DNA of 56,194 bases from positions 2,805 through 58,998 of the forward strand of contig NW_008246203.1 in the NCBI RefSeq assembly GCF_000281045.1. The letters are read 5' to 3'. The first letter of the stretch is position 1; each line of letters starts with the position of its first letter. This DNA comes from Saprolegnia diclina VS20 (taxonomy: Eukaryota). The translations under genes and the position numbers were made by a program. Shown in pieces: positions 1 to 12,405 of the stretch. Below the pieces are notes generated by a model that worked only from the letters and a program-made list of their open reading frames with translations, was not told the origin of the DNA and ran no database searches.

Positions 1-397
1 GCGCTGCGACAGCGTTTCGCCGAGCTCGACTGTTGGGCCACGTGCTGCGGCTGAAGGAAGAGTCCCTCTTACCATGCTTTCTTACTAAAACTGTGGTTGT
101 TCGCTTCTCAGCCCCGCCCAAGGCGTCCTGAATTAGGTCGTACCAAAATCATGCCACCCATCGTTGTGCACCGCGACCTCCAGTCGCTGACGTCGCCTCA
201 GTTGCAGGCATCCCTCGAGGACCCCAACAAACTACGTAGCTCTGCCGCCGATCGCGACGCCAGCTCACGAAGCCTATAAGAAATTACTGAACTTGTCGTT
301 ACGGGTCACTCGCAAGCGCCCTCGGGCGACGACAAAAGAGCACGACGCTGCCCTGCGTCGCCACCTGCGTAACCACGGCCCGCCAAGTGAATTATGA
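1..397 (+). mobile_element. Degenerate 3' end of an RTE-like non-LTR retrotransposon (C-terminus of the RT ORF)
   Basis: Translation gives RRARLLGHVLRLKEE and, after a frame disruption, RPRRPELGRTK...HRDL...DPNKLRSSAADRDA. This resembles the RTE-clade C-terminal motifs RRLRWxGHVxRM...RGRP...LAxDRxxW. Bases ~220-397 are visibly homologous to the minus strand of 56023-56194. Confidence 0.7.
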
Positions 398-713
398 AGT
401 TGATTGCTAGTCCCTACACATGCGAGATCTTAGTAGCAAATAAGAAAACGCGAAACGCGTTCATTTCTGCTGAGTAAGCCCTATCTCGGAAGGCAAAATC
501 AACAGAATCTCAACAATGCATCCCCGCTTGCACAAATAACTTGTCATTGTTGTTGGTAAATACTTTGCTTTATTGTGCCTTAGTACATTTTATCATTTTG
601 TAGTGCTTGAGAGGGGTGATTGAATGCATCATGGTGCACCGCCATGCCTGATGCCCCGCCTTGAATGTCTCAAATCGCACTTAACGATTTCGCACTTACA
701 CGGGTATTTTCTG

Positions 714-2504
714 ATGCGCAGCTCGACGGGGAACGTGCGATCGGTGCGTCCTCGTCATTGGTAGCGGAACTGACGTGTGATGAGACCGTGCTGTATAGGT
801 GTGTCTTGTGCCTACAGGCCTCCTAAACATGGAGGGGAAGGTCCTTCCGAATGCGCACGCTTTTGCGGACCTGAACGACGACAGCGACATCGAGCTCGTC
901 GTTGGTTCCATGGCCGGGAAGGTCGCCGTCTTCAAGGTGTTACGCGCCTGCACTTGATATCTCTCTTATGCATGTCTGCAATAGGGCCTCTCGTCGCCGG
1001 AAGCAGTCTATGGCTGCGAGCTTGATGGCTGCATCACTGCGATCGTCGCACATACGACGCGGACGCTCGGCTGCCGCCTCTTTGTCGCGACCGCTGAAGG
1101 CCGATGTTTCGTCTTGCAAAAACGCGCAGACGCTGACGCACTCATGCTCCTTGCACAGTTTGTATGCTCGTTGCTTTGGCAAAAATCGTCATCAGAATGG
1201 CGTAGGCAATTCCACTAAACGTGAGCGCTGGTGCCGTGCTTCACGATCGACTGTACCTCGGCACGCGCGACGCGACGATTCATCTCTTCAACATTGAGCA
1301 CGTAAACTCGTCTTGTTGTGAGTGAATCGTTGCTGAAGTCAGCAACACCATTAGGTCCAAAACATCACTGAAGAAAAGAAGATCCGCGTCCCCGGTGAAG
1401 TCGAGTCTATGACGCGGCAGAAAATAAAGTCCCATGGGCATACTGGCGCTTCGGACGCGCGACCACTTGTCGTGTGCTTGAACAACGGCGCTGTCTTTGA
1501 GCTCAAGCACTTGACATCCATGGTGCAGCTGCAGGCGCCGTGGCCGAGCGGCGGCCGGGCGTTTGCACTCACGCAGCTCAAGTCGCAGGGTGTGAACGCC
1601 CTCGATGCGTTTGGCTGTCTCGACGGTGCCGTGGAGCTGCGCCATGCTGAGACCAGCGACGTGCTCTGGTCTCTCCAGGTATGCCTTTCTCGATATTGCC
1701 TACGATTGGATGGAATCGATAACTGCGTAGTTACCAGACGCGCTACTGATGATGGCAACAATCACTCTCTTCGCGAATGGTGATGAAGAAATCGCGCTTT
1801 GTTGCTGGAACGGCGACGTGTACCTCGTCAACAAAGATGGCTCCCAGCTGCGGTTTACGATCCCGTTTTCGATCACTGCGTTCTTTTCAGGTACGACGAC
1901 TCGATGCATTGTCAGGTGCAACTATACTATACGGGCTGTTTAGGAGCGTTTGCGGTCGGTGGCGAAGACACACTCTTTTGCGCCACAACGTCGGGAGGCA
2001 TTTTGTACTACAGCGGCATTGGCCAGTCGATCCGCCATATTCGGCATCACAGTGTGGTACTAGCTCAAAGGAGGTGTCCAAATGTTTGGTAAATTCACGT
2101 GACATCCACCGTAGCTCGAAGCAATCGAGAGAGCGGATCTTCAGTCGACACTGGGCTCCAGCGAGAAGCGTCGTGCCCTTGTCGCATCCCTCCAGAAGTT
2201 TCTGTTGCCAACGACGTCAATCAAGGACGATGCACCGACGCTTGCCGCTTGCTTGCGTGCGCTCGTCTACACCCCAAATACGATCTTAGCGGCACCCCCG
2301 CTAGCGGATGATACATCAGGGCTCTTGCCACTCCCACCCGTCCTCGCACCTGATACAACTGCGGAGGACGATGAAGACGACGACGACGTGGCGCCGTTAC
2401 CCAGCTCGCCGGTCGAAGCGTCGCTTTTGCTTCATCATGACGCAACGACGCCACCGGCACCACGCACAAAGAAAAGTCGGCGCAAACAGCAGCAAAAGCG
2501 GTAA
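714..2504 (+). CDS. ITFG2: ITFG2 (integrin-alpha FG-GAP repeat protein 2, KICSTOR subunit) homologue, multi-exon
   Basis: Spliced reading MRSSTGNVRS/VCLVPTGLLNMEGKVLPNAHAFADLNDDSDIELVVGSMAGKVAVFK resembles the ITFG2 N-terminus. Later exons contain GDEEIALCCWNGDVYLVNKDG..RF. GT-AG introns are present. Confidence 0.8.
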
Positions 2505-2538
2505 TGCTACATTCCGATAAAGGCTAGATTTCGAGATT

Positions 2539-3615
2539 TTAATGCAACACGGCGCTGCGCACTTGGTGGGCGACTTGTACAAGGTCTCCGACCGTCTTGG
2601 GTCCCCGAAGCAGCACTTGGCACATGAATGCCTTCGTCTGCTCCATCGCACTCTGGAACGAGCCTTGAGCTTGGCGGTGGAAGTCGTCATATGCATGCAG
2701 CGAGACAGAAAAGAGCTCGCGGAGGCCAATTGGGTCTTCGAAGAGCCGCCAGTACACCTCGTCACGTTCGACAAACCGACCGGTTGGAAGGTCCAGGAGG
2801 TCCGCGATGAGAGCGCCGAGATGAAGAGCGACCATGGCAAACGCGTACGCTGGGCGTGGAGGTAGCATCTCGAGGCATGCGCTGCGGTGAACTTCGCAAA
2901 AGAATACGAGCGCGTGGAGAGTAAAGACGCTGGACGGCGAGTTTTGAAGCACGGAGATCGGATCGTCGGACGGGAATCCAAGCTCAGTCCATGCGGGAGG
3001 GCTGGCGTCGCCATGAATACTCGTCCAAAGACGCCGAAGAAGATCCATGTGGTCGCGGTTTGCATCCGAAAACACTGCGCGGCTAAGGCTCGCCGCCGCC
3101 GAGAGTTGCTGGAGTGCTGCGGCCGACGGCTTTTCGTCGCCCGACTGCGAGTTGAAGTAGCGCCCGGCAGTAAACTCGACAGTCTCCCAAACGCGCGCGC
3201 TTGTTTTGGAAAGCTGCTCCTTGCCCGAGGCCTTGAGGCTCTTCCACATTGAGTTGAGGCCGCCCTTTGACGTCGCCTTGACCGGCGACGCACGGAAGAA
3301 GTGCTCAAACTGCTCGTACTCGGGCGCGTCGATTTGCGAGCTGTAGATCGGATACGCTTGTGGAGAGGACGAAAGCTGCAGGACCTTCACGAGTACGTGG
3401 CCCGACGGCAGAGTCTCGGCGTCGTCGCCGAGGTCACGCCACACGTAGCCGCCGCTCGTGGTCTCTTGGAGGCGGAAGTGGTACTTGCCCTCGAAGGGGA
3501 ACGCATGGCGCAATGACGCGACGGTCGCACCCTGCGGCAGGAGCACACTGGATGGCTCGTCGTCCTCGGCGCCGCAGAAGACGAACCTGCACAAGACGCT
3601 GTCGTGGGTCCCCAT
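2539..3615 (-). CDS. Protein with N-terminal DIX-like domain and C-terminal ELMO/CED-12 domain
   Basis: 358-aa single ORF. N-terminal FPFEGKYHFRL..GGYVWRDL is DIX-like. C-terminal HMDLLRRLW...WTELGF.SDDP...YAFAMVALHL is ELMO-like. Confidence 0.75.
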   Translation of the reverse strand: MGTHDSVLCRFVFCGAEDDEPSSVLLPQGATVASLRHAFPFEGKYHFRLQETTSGGYVWRDLGDDAETLPSGHVLVKVLQLSSSPQAYPIYSSQIDAPEYEQFEHFFRASPVKATSKGGLNSMWKSLKASGKEQLSKTSARVWETVEFTAGRYFNSQSGDEKPSAAALQQLSAAASLSRAVFSDANRDHMDLLRRLWTSIHGDASPPAWTELGFPSDDPISVLQNSPSSVFTLHALVFFCEVHRSACLEMLPPRPAYAFAMVALHLGALIADLLDLPTGRFVERDEVYWRLFEDPIGLRELFSVSLHAYDDFHRQAQGSFQSAMEQTKAFMCQVLLRGPKTVGDLVQVAHQVRSAVLH

Positions 3616-4360
3616 CTTTCGATTCTCCGTTTTTCAATACGTCGTTTTGTGAAACTCAAGAAGCTGGTTTTTGAGTCGAGCAAGGAGAGCACATTTCATT
3701 GGCCGTTTTCATATTTATTAGCCAATCCGTGACACGGACGTGCATCTCAGCGTGCATGTGAGGTTGGTCGATGGCGAGTCGCCATGATTTGTCGACCGAA
3801 CTGCGTTTGAAAATGGAATCGTCCAAATTTAGCATGGCGATAGAAAATTCTTAGGAGAGCATTTATCACTAGATTTCGTCGTCGCCCGAGGTGTGCAGGG
3901 CAAGAATTCGACGATCAAAGACTCGACCAGATGAGACACTTGTGGGACTTACCAAAGTAGATGTAAATTATGCAAATTGCTGTCGTCAATCTGCACCACG
4001 TCCCTTGACCACGTCCTAGATTCTACTTACAGGAGAGCAATGCTCCGACCGCGCTACGTCGTCTCCAATAGGCATATCTCTGGCTCGTCATGGAGCGGGT
4101 AACAAAAGTCAGCGATCGACCTTCGCTGCGGTGCGCAGACTTATCAGTGGATAAAAGACCAGCAAGTGTGGATGCCCTAATTTATGCATCTTTACTCTGC
4201 ATTTGTGTCGAGGAGCCCAACCACTTGGCATCCCTCTGTCGGTATGGATAGCCCAATCTCATTGCGATGGTTAGTGCCAGTAGCCGTTTCTCTCCAGCGC
4301 GGATTTCCCAAGCATCGCCAACCGGACACACTCAGCGGTTTCGCACAATCCGGTGAGGTT

Positions 4361-6708
4361 ATGGCGAGCAAGGAAGCGGGGGAGGCACGGACGTCGAACA
4401 CGGCCTCGGCAATGAGCGTCGAGAGCGTGCATCAACAGTCTGAGCTGCTCGTCATGGACTACCTCAGGGGATCTCGCTGCATGAAGACGATGGACGCGCT
4501 TTCGCGCTGGATCTCGGACAAGGCGAGGAAGTCGTCGCCCAAGTCCCACAGCGCCAGCGAGCTTTTCAACAAGGACGTCGCTGCGCGTAAAAACTCAAGT
4601 CCGAAGTCTAGCTCCGTTCTCGAATACATGGTATTCTAGTCACCTACTGCTTTTGGTGGCTCATGGCGTTGCGATACACGTAGATTGGACGCCGGAAACA
4701 GTCCAAGTCCCATCGCTTGAGGTAATGTAGACTCTTCTTTTTCGATGTAAAACAAGGGACGCCTACTAGTTGTGTGAGCCCGGATGTCTTGGCGTGCATG
4801 TCGGTCTCTCCGACTGATGCATCCTTGCCAACATGGACAGCCGAGGAGGTTGTGATGCTCAAGAAGGCGGCCAAGAGTACGCAGAGCATTACGGACAAGA
4901 CCGAGCGCTGGAAAAACGTCAGTGCCGTTCTCGGCCGAAGCAAACGCGAGTGCTACGACAAGTACAAGGAGATCAAGAGAGAGCGCAAAAATTTATCCAA
5001 GGTTGGCGACGCTGAAACACCTCGCGCAAAGAACAAGGACGTCGAAGCGCCCAACTCCAAGAGTAAGGGGCGCTCAAGTGATCAAAAGAAGCCACTCGAC
5101 GACGATAAAGGATCTGGATCCACATGGGGAAGCTCGCGGGCTGCGTCCGCGACTGTTGCACCTGACCGCCGCGCGTACACATGTCCGACACATAGTAGCG
5201 TCTGAATTGTGGTCGCGTAGGGCAAGCAAGTACGAAGCCGTCGTGGAAAATGACGTTGTTGATGACGACATAATCGACGACGCCCCGAGTGCGCTAGTGA
5301 AGCAGGCGGTAGGGCGTCCACTGGCACTAGCGACGTCCATCGGCCGATCGCTCACAAGCGCCGAAGTGTCGGCTATGCGCATCTTACTCTTTGGCGAGGC
5401 CAAGAAAGGCCTCACGTCGCACTGGACAGCACAGGTTTATATATTGACCACTCTATGGCTTCGTTTTTGCCAACGGTGCTTTATGCCAGGGGTTCCCATT
5501 TGCACCCGTGCCTGGGTATGGCATTGTGCAGCACGAAGGCGGTCCATGCGGCGTCATGGCAGTTGTCCAGGCCTACACGTTGTATTTCCTCTTCCAAAAC
5601 ACCACATGTTGGCAAGAGGTAGTAGAATGATATTGCCCTTTGCAATGTAATCTATATATGAAATTGTAGCCGCGCGCGGACGAGCTCCGGACCGCCCTTA
5701 CCGACGCGCTGACACACATTGTATGGCAAGCAAGCGACGGCTCTCAATGCACTATGGCCCTTCCCGGCGTATTTTGCTCCAACATAGTGTCGTGAACCTA
5801 AAGAAAGACATTGTAGGCTCAACCTACAATCGAGCACGTACGCGTAACATCGTCACTCTTGTCGCGTTCAGCTGCCCGCGAATTCATCTCGACCCATATT
5901 GACGAGGTGCGTTATTTTTTGCAGTATACTATATGGATGAGAAGACTAACACAAACTCAGTATCTAGCCTCGCGTGGCTCTGGCGTGATTCTACTTGTCG
6001 CGAGTGTTCTCTTGACCCGTGGCCTCGCAACAATTGCTGCCGACATGGACGCACCTGACGGAGCAACGCCGACGCTGGTCGGTGCTCATGACTATTGCAC
6101 GCAAGTTAGTACACGGGTGCTGTTTGCACAGATGATTGAAGGCCAGTAGGAACTCGTGAATTTGCTTCTTGTTGGATACGCGTGCAGCAACGTGTTTGAT
6201 GGCACACAAGACCTCGGTGACGGCCTCACACTGCGTGGCATTGGCCGCCAAGGTTTGATGCATAGTCGTTTCTATCTTCGAGCCACGCCTAGGCCTTGTG
6301 GGCTTCCTAACGCTGTTTGAGGCTTACGAGTACATGGTGGTGGGTGCATTCTTGAAGGCGCCTACGGCTCCCGTTTGGGTCGTTTGCAGCGAGTCACACT
6401 ACTCAGTTCTGTTTGCGAACCCCGACGCAGCGACATCGCCCGCATCGGTGCGTTGTCGTTCTCTCATACACATAGCCAGCCGATTGAAATCCATTCTGCA
6501 GACGGAAACGATCGTGGAGCTTCTCTACTACGATGGACTCGCCAACCAAGACGAACCCATCCAGCTCAGCGTTTCGCCATTCGGGCTTGCTGCGCCCAAG
6601 AAGCCACGCCATGACGACAACTCGCTTACGCCGCCATTGGACCTGGTAATCCGCACCAAGTGGCCGCGGGGCACCGTCGACTGGCATGGCACCGAGCCTC
6701 TCTTGTAA
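4361..6708 (+). CDS. MINDY3/4 (FAM188)-family deubiquitinase with LisH-like N-terminus and Myb/SANT-like insert, multi-exon
   Basis: Exons encode GYGIVQHEGGPCGVMAVVQA (catalytic Cys), HDYCTQ/ELVNLLLVGYACSNVFDG, GFLTLFEAY, PVWVVCSESHYSVLF, LLYYDGLANQDEPIQL and PPLDLVIRTKWP. Confidence 0.88.
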
Positions 6709-6780
6709 CCTGCAAGAAATCTACCACTACGTACTAGTACATAATTCAGAATATATTGCACACATTAGTCGGTGGTGTGT

Positions 6781-8384
6781 CTATCGAATACTGGCGGCGC
6801 GTAGACCAGTCGCCGGCGGGACCTTGGCCTTTGACGAGACAGCAGGCGGTGAGAAGATGTTCCAGAAGCGCAAAGTTTCGTCGGCGGCGCCAGAGACGAC
6901 TGTCGTAGCGTCGGGGCCGGCCGCGAGGTGCAGGACGCGCGCAGAGTGGCCCGTGAGCTCCTTCACCTTGCGCATTGCAGGGTACGACCATAGGCAGAGT
7001 TCGTTCTGCGCGTAGCCATGCGAACTCAGAAGCTCCTTCTCGCTCGTCGACCAGAGCAGTGCACATACCTGCGAGCCCGTGTCGGTCGACTGGAGGAGGC
7101 TGCCCGTCTGCGCGTTCCACAACTTGATCGTGCGGTCGGCCGTGCCGCCGCCAGAGGCGAGGACGTGGCGGTCCCACGGGCACCACGCGAGCGCCTTGAC
7201 GGCAGCGCAGTGGTCCGTGAGTTTGTGCATCGGAGTTGTTTGCATTTGGTTCCAGATGCAGAGCGCGTTGTCGTTGCCACCGGATGCGAGTTTGGAACCA
7301 TCGGGTGACCAGCGCAGACCACAGACCTCTTGTTCGTGGCTGTTGAGCGTCGCAACGATGTGCGACGCAACGCGGACGTCGTGGTGAATGATCGACGTGT
7401 CGCGCGAGCCCGACGAGAGCACGTGGCGATTCCACGAGAGAGCACCAACACGTGCCGAGTGACCGTTGAGCGTCCGGAGTAGTTTGGCGTTGGTTGTGTC
7501 CCAAAGCTGCACCGTGGCATCGCTCGAGCCAACTGCGAGCGTACTGCCTTCCTGGATCCAAGAGACGGAGCTAATGTACTCATCGCCGTCAAGCGCCATG
7601 AGCTCGTCGATGGCGCCCGTCGCGGCGTTCCAGAGGTACAACGACGCGCCGAGCGCAACTGCAAGCACATTGTTTTTTCCCCACGACAGGAGGTTGAGGT
7701 AGTAGTCGTCCATGAGCTCGGGTGCGTCGAGAACCTTGGTCGGCGCGGACGGGATATGGCGCGTCAGCAGCGGCTTAATCTTGGACGACGTCGCACGCTT
7801 GTTGTACATGACGTTGAGAGCACCCTTGAATGACGCTGGGTCGTCTGCGGCAGGAGGCTTGTCCTTGAAGGTAAGAATGCGGTGGCCTTCAAGGTCACTC
7901 GTGCCCAGGAGCGACTTGGCCAAGCACGTTTGAAAAGTCTGCTGCGATGGACTGTCGGGCGCCACGATCGATGCAGGCGTTGGGTTTGCCACCGAGGGTT
8001 GCGCCGCCTTCGCTTCGAACGGCGCCGTGACTTTAAGACTCGAGACTTTCATGTCCATGGCCGACCGATTCGGAATGAAGCGATCATTCTAGCCGTAACG
8101 TGACCTGCAGCTCTTTAGCGCCATGGAAATAGTACCGTGATCTTCTTTCGCTTCGCCGGCGACGGCGACACGGCTTCGACCTTCTTTTTGCGCTTCCAGC
8201 GAGGGATGACACTCGATTCGAGCGGGCCTGCCGTCATCTGCAAGAGAAGCTCCATTTCCGCCGCAGCATTCACCTGCTTCTTCGTCTTTGCTTGGTCCTT
8301 CGCCGTCGATGGCGTTGGCTTGTTCGTCGACGAGCGGCTTAGAGACCGCGGGGGCGTCCGTGCCGGCGTCGACGACGTGGCCAT
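6781..8384 (-). CDS. CDC20: Cell division cycle 20 (fizzy), APC/C co-activator; exons 8384-8136 and 8088-6781
   Basis: C-box DRFIPNR right after a 47-nt intron, RILTFK motif, KVLDAPELMDDYYLNLLSW, WD40 repeats and a C-terminal IR tail. Confidence 0.95.
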
Positions 8385-9101
8385 GGCTGACAGCAGATTG
8401 AACTCTGCTTTGAAAATTTGAACCAATCGTCTTTGTATTTGTATAGTATAGACACACCAAATTAGACCAAATCTAAGCACGGGCCAATCAGAGACAGGAC
8501 AGGCTCAACCCAACTGGCTCGTCCATGGGACGTCCATGCCGCCAGCCCATTTTCCCGCCAGCCTCTCGCTGGGATCCAGAGTAGACTCGTGACGAGCCCG
8601 AGCAATGCAGTGCATGCGATTCCGCGTGCATCGGTTTCCGTGATTGAATATACTAGTAGTAAACGTGTTGGGGCCAAGAACCGAGAATTTCCCCCGGTCT
8701 GTCATTTTGCACTTGCCGTATCGCACAGCGGCGTTGCGCCTACCGTTGACCAACGATTCTTGCGTGCTCGCGCATACTTTATATCGGCAACGTTAGTGCG
8801 ATGCTCCTACGCATGAAATAGTGACTACACGCTGGGTGCGAGCACCACCGGAGGAACGTACCGTAATTGGGCGCGATACGATGATTGCATTCGTTGAAAT
8901 TGAGCTGGCAAGTGAGATGAGGGTACTGTATGGTCTGGATCAGGACACCGACTCATCGTTGCTAAGGTTTTACAGCTACAAAACAGCAAAGCACCGTCAG
9001 AGTAAGTGTCCTCCTCAAAAACGCACGTTCGTAGCGCACAATTATGGCCCTACTTGAACTAGTAGGTATCGCACCCAGCAGACATGCAATGTCGTCTAGT
9101 G

Positions 9102-10379
9102 TTAAATCTCAAAATCAATATCCGTCGTGTACAGAATGTCCGTCGTCTTCCCATCGACAAACTGGACGCGGAAGACGTCGCGGCTCACTTGAACGTACAT
9201 GAAGCCGTGGACCATATCGACATGCACCAAGTCTGGATTCGCCCGGGCTTGGGGTCGGAGCTCATGGAGGTTGTAGCCACCGGCACCAGACGTGAAGAAG
9301 CTCAATTGATCGCGCTTGATGTGCTGGAGAGCGTGGTCGTGCCCGTTGAAGTACGCATGCACCTTGTGTTTCTGTAAAAGTGGCTTGAGGTGCGCGATAA
9401 GCTCGGGCGTGTCACCGTTTCCGGCGTAGCTGTGTACGGCCCAGTGCCCGACAACGATTGTCCACAGCCGCGTGATTTGCTTGGGTGCGCTTTGGCTCAG
9501 GGTGCGCTCGAGCCATTCGTATTGCGCTGACCGCGTCTCCGGCGAAGTCTGGTCGTTCATCGCCGCTGTACAACGAAAATCCCGGTCATTCGCTGTCTGA
9601 CCGCACACGAGGTCGCACACGTCAAGTACGACCACACGGAGCAGTGTTGACTCGTCCACGCGTTGGTCAAATGTATAGTACCTATGCCCAGATCATTCCT
9701 TCGTACCCCGAAAGAGATACGCCGAGAGGTACCGTTGCGGAAACTTCCAGACGTTGTTCGTACGCTTCGCGTAGTTAAGCATCGCATCGATGCTGCCCTC
9801 GCAGTCGTGGTTTCCGATGCTACAACGCAAGTGTGGTTAGACTACTAGTACACAACTAAACTGCGGGCCTTACCTAATGTACCACGGAATCTTGAGCGAC
9901 GGGTGCTTGTAGACCTAATACGAGGCACGTCAGTCGAGCCACTGGACAAGGCTTGTCATGTACGTTTTCAAACTTGCTGTAGATGATTGGGTCATCGGCT
10001 GAGAGCATTCTAGTGCAGTGATCAATGTGGTATCGAAGAGGCAATTTGGCGGGCACCCGTGGTCGTAAATCTGGTCGCCGGTAGAGAGCACAAAAGCAGC
10101 GTGGGGCTGCGTGTGGTTGACAAAGTCGGACATTGAGGCTGCGACGAGTGCCTGTGTCGCAGAGCCCGTGCCAAAGTCGCCAACGACGACGAATCCAAGC
10201 GGCGCCAATGGCGGCTGGTTGAACTGCTTGAGGCGCGACGCCAGCGCCTTGGAGCGCAGCTTGAGATCGGCCACGCGCTGGATGTCGACGCTTGTGCTTG
10301 TGATAAAGTAGCTCAAGATGTACACGCACCACGCGACAAGCAGCCCGACGCACATCCACTGCGTCAGCTTCATGCTCAT
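9102..10379 (-). CDS. Purple/tartrate-resistant acid phosphatase (metallophosphoesterase) with N-terminal membrane anchor, multi-exon
   Basis: Motifs VGDFG, STGDQIY, GNHD, IVVGHW and YFNGHDHALQH. N-terminal hydrophobic helix. Confidence 0.9.
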
Positions 10380-10976
10380 CGTGCTGGTGCTGGTTGCTGC
10401 TTCCTGCCCTGGGCGACAATGTCCGGATACTGATATTTCACGCGATTTGTATTTTTCACATACTGTGGGACTGGCATGGGCTTCAGCAACAACCGCTCTG
10501 CCCCGCTGTGCACCACATCTATAGTTCAGTAGCTTAACATACTAAATAGGGAGGGTATGCAAAACTATAGCCATTCTTCGTGTTCGTAGAGGGATACTGT
10601 CAATCTGCTTCAAGCCTGCCCAAATCCAACGCCCGTGGCTCCGCACCACTGGCGAAGCGACAAATTGATCGATTTCTTGAATGAAGTGGAATCGGCCATA
10701 TTAGCCTGACTAGACTGCATCCCGTCCGCTCTGAATGAAGTACAGAACAATAAGCTTATACCGTTCGGAAAAAAAGACTTTGTTGCGTAAATTGTACCGC
10801 TGCCAGCTTCTTAGAATTTGTCGCTCGTGCAATGCGGCGCTATCCCAAGCACATGAAGGAACTTACTCTGATGGTATGCTACGTGGCAGACGTGAAGAAC
10901 ATATTTTTCACATCGTGAAAAAGCATGATTTATCCGGTGACTTGTGAGAATCCGGATACCGTGCCAGTCGGCGACG

Positions 10977-12339
10977 ATGGGCAATGGCATCTCGAGCCCA
11001 CCGGGCGAGAAGCTCATCGGGCTGGCCAACTTCGGCAACACGTGCTACTGCAACGCTGTGCTCCAAGTACTCTACTTCTGCGAGCCATTCCGAGCTGGGC
11101 TTGCGGCGCACCACCGCCTCAAGGTAAGCAACTTGCCATTGTCGGCGCACGTCATGCGATCTTTCTGTGGCTTCGTAGGGCAAGAAGGGTGAAGCGACGC
11201 TTCTTGACTGCCTCGCCGAGCTCTTTGAGAAGATATCAACGCAAAAGCGAGCGACGGGCACAGTCACGCCCAAGTCGTTTGTTGCCAAGTTGCAGCACGA
11301 CAACGAGACGTTTCGGGGCACTCTGCATCAGGTACTACAGTAGTGCAACTGAGCTTCCATCTTCTTTTTCACCGCGAGCACCTCTCGTCTAGGACGCCCA
11401 TGAGTTTCTCAATTATGTTGTCAACGCTATCTGTGACTTGGTCCAAGCAGAAACAGCGAACAAGGAGCGAACGTGGGTTCACGAACTATTTGAGGGCACG
11501 CTGACGAACGAGACGACGTGCTTGGGCTGCCATGCCGTCTCACGCCGAGACGAGACTTTCTTGGACCTGAGCGTCGAGATCGAGCCGCATGCGTCCCTAA
11601 CGTTTTGCCTGAAGCAGTTTGGTATGGTCGAGACATTGTCTGGCGACGACCAGTTCTCTTGCGATGCGTGCCACAGCCGCCAGGTTCCCATCCTACATGC
11701 ATATTCGACACAAAAGTCGGACACTGCTATCTTAGGATGCAGAGAAGCGGCTTTTCTTGCGAGAGACGCCGCCTGTGCTGGCGTTGCACCTCAAGCGCTT
11801 CAAATTCATATCCTTTTTACGGTATCTGGACCATGCACTGCAGATATTCACCACCACTTGCTGTCCTTAACCGTACGCGTGTACATGGAAGCATCTCAAT
11901 CGTTCGCCAAGCTATTTCATCGCGTGCTCTTCCCAGACGAACTTCAACTGCCTTCGCGCCTCGTAGGACGCATGGCGTTGCTAAACTGTGCAGTTCATGT
12001 GTGTCTGTAGATGCTGTCGACGTCAAATGAGACCTACGACCTTTTTGGCATTGTCGTGCACATTGGAAATGGACTCGATGAAGGCCATTATGTGAGCTTG
12101 ATTTTGTGGAAGACACAATGGCTTCTCTTTGACGACGATCATGTGTCGGTGCGTCATATCGAGAATCAAGAGGTCAATGTGATTACTCTAGATTCTAGAA
12201 AGTCGACGAAGGCATGCTCGATGTGTGCTATGGCGACGGCGACGTAGGTTCTGCATGCATCTTGGACCAAACATATCATATCTGCTAGGCGACAACATCC
12301 AGTGCGACGGGGTACCTCCTCTTCTACAAGCGGCGATAG
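10977..12339 (+). CDS. Ubiquitin-specific protease, USP12/USP46-like, multi-exon
   Basis: Cys box [50 protein letters not shown], His box [20 protein letters not shown] and GYLLFY. Confidence 0.92.
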
Positions 12340-12405
12340 ACAGCGACAACATTCGACGCAACCTCCTCGTTGTTGTCATATACTACAGTAACTTGGACAC
12401 GTGGC

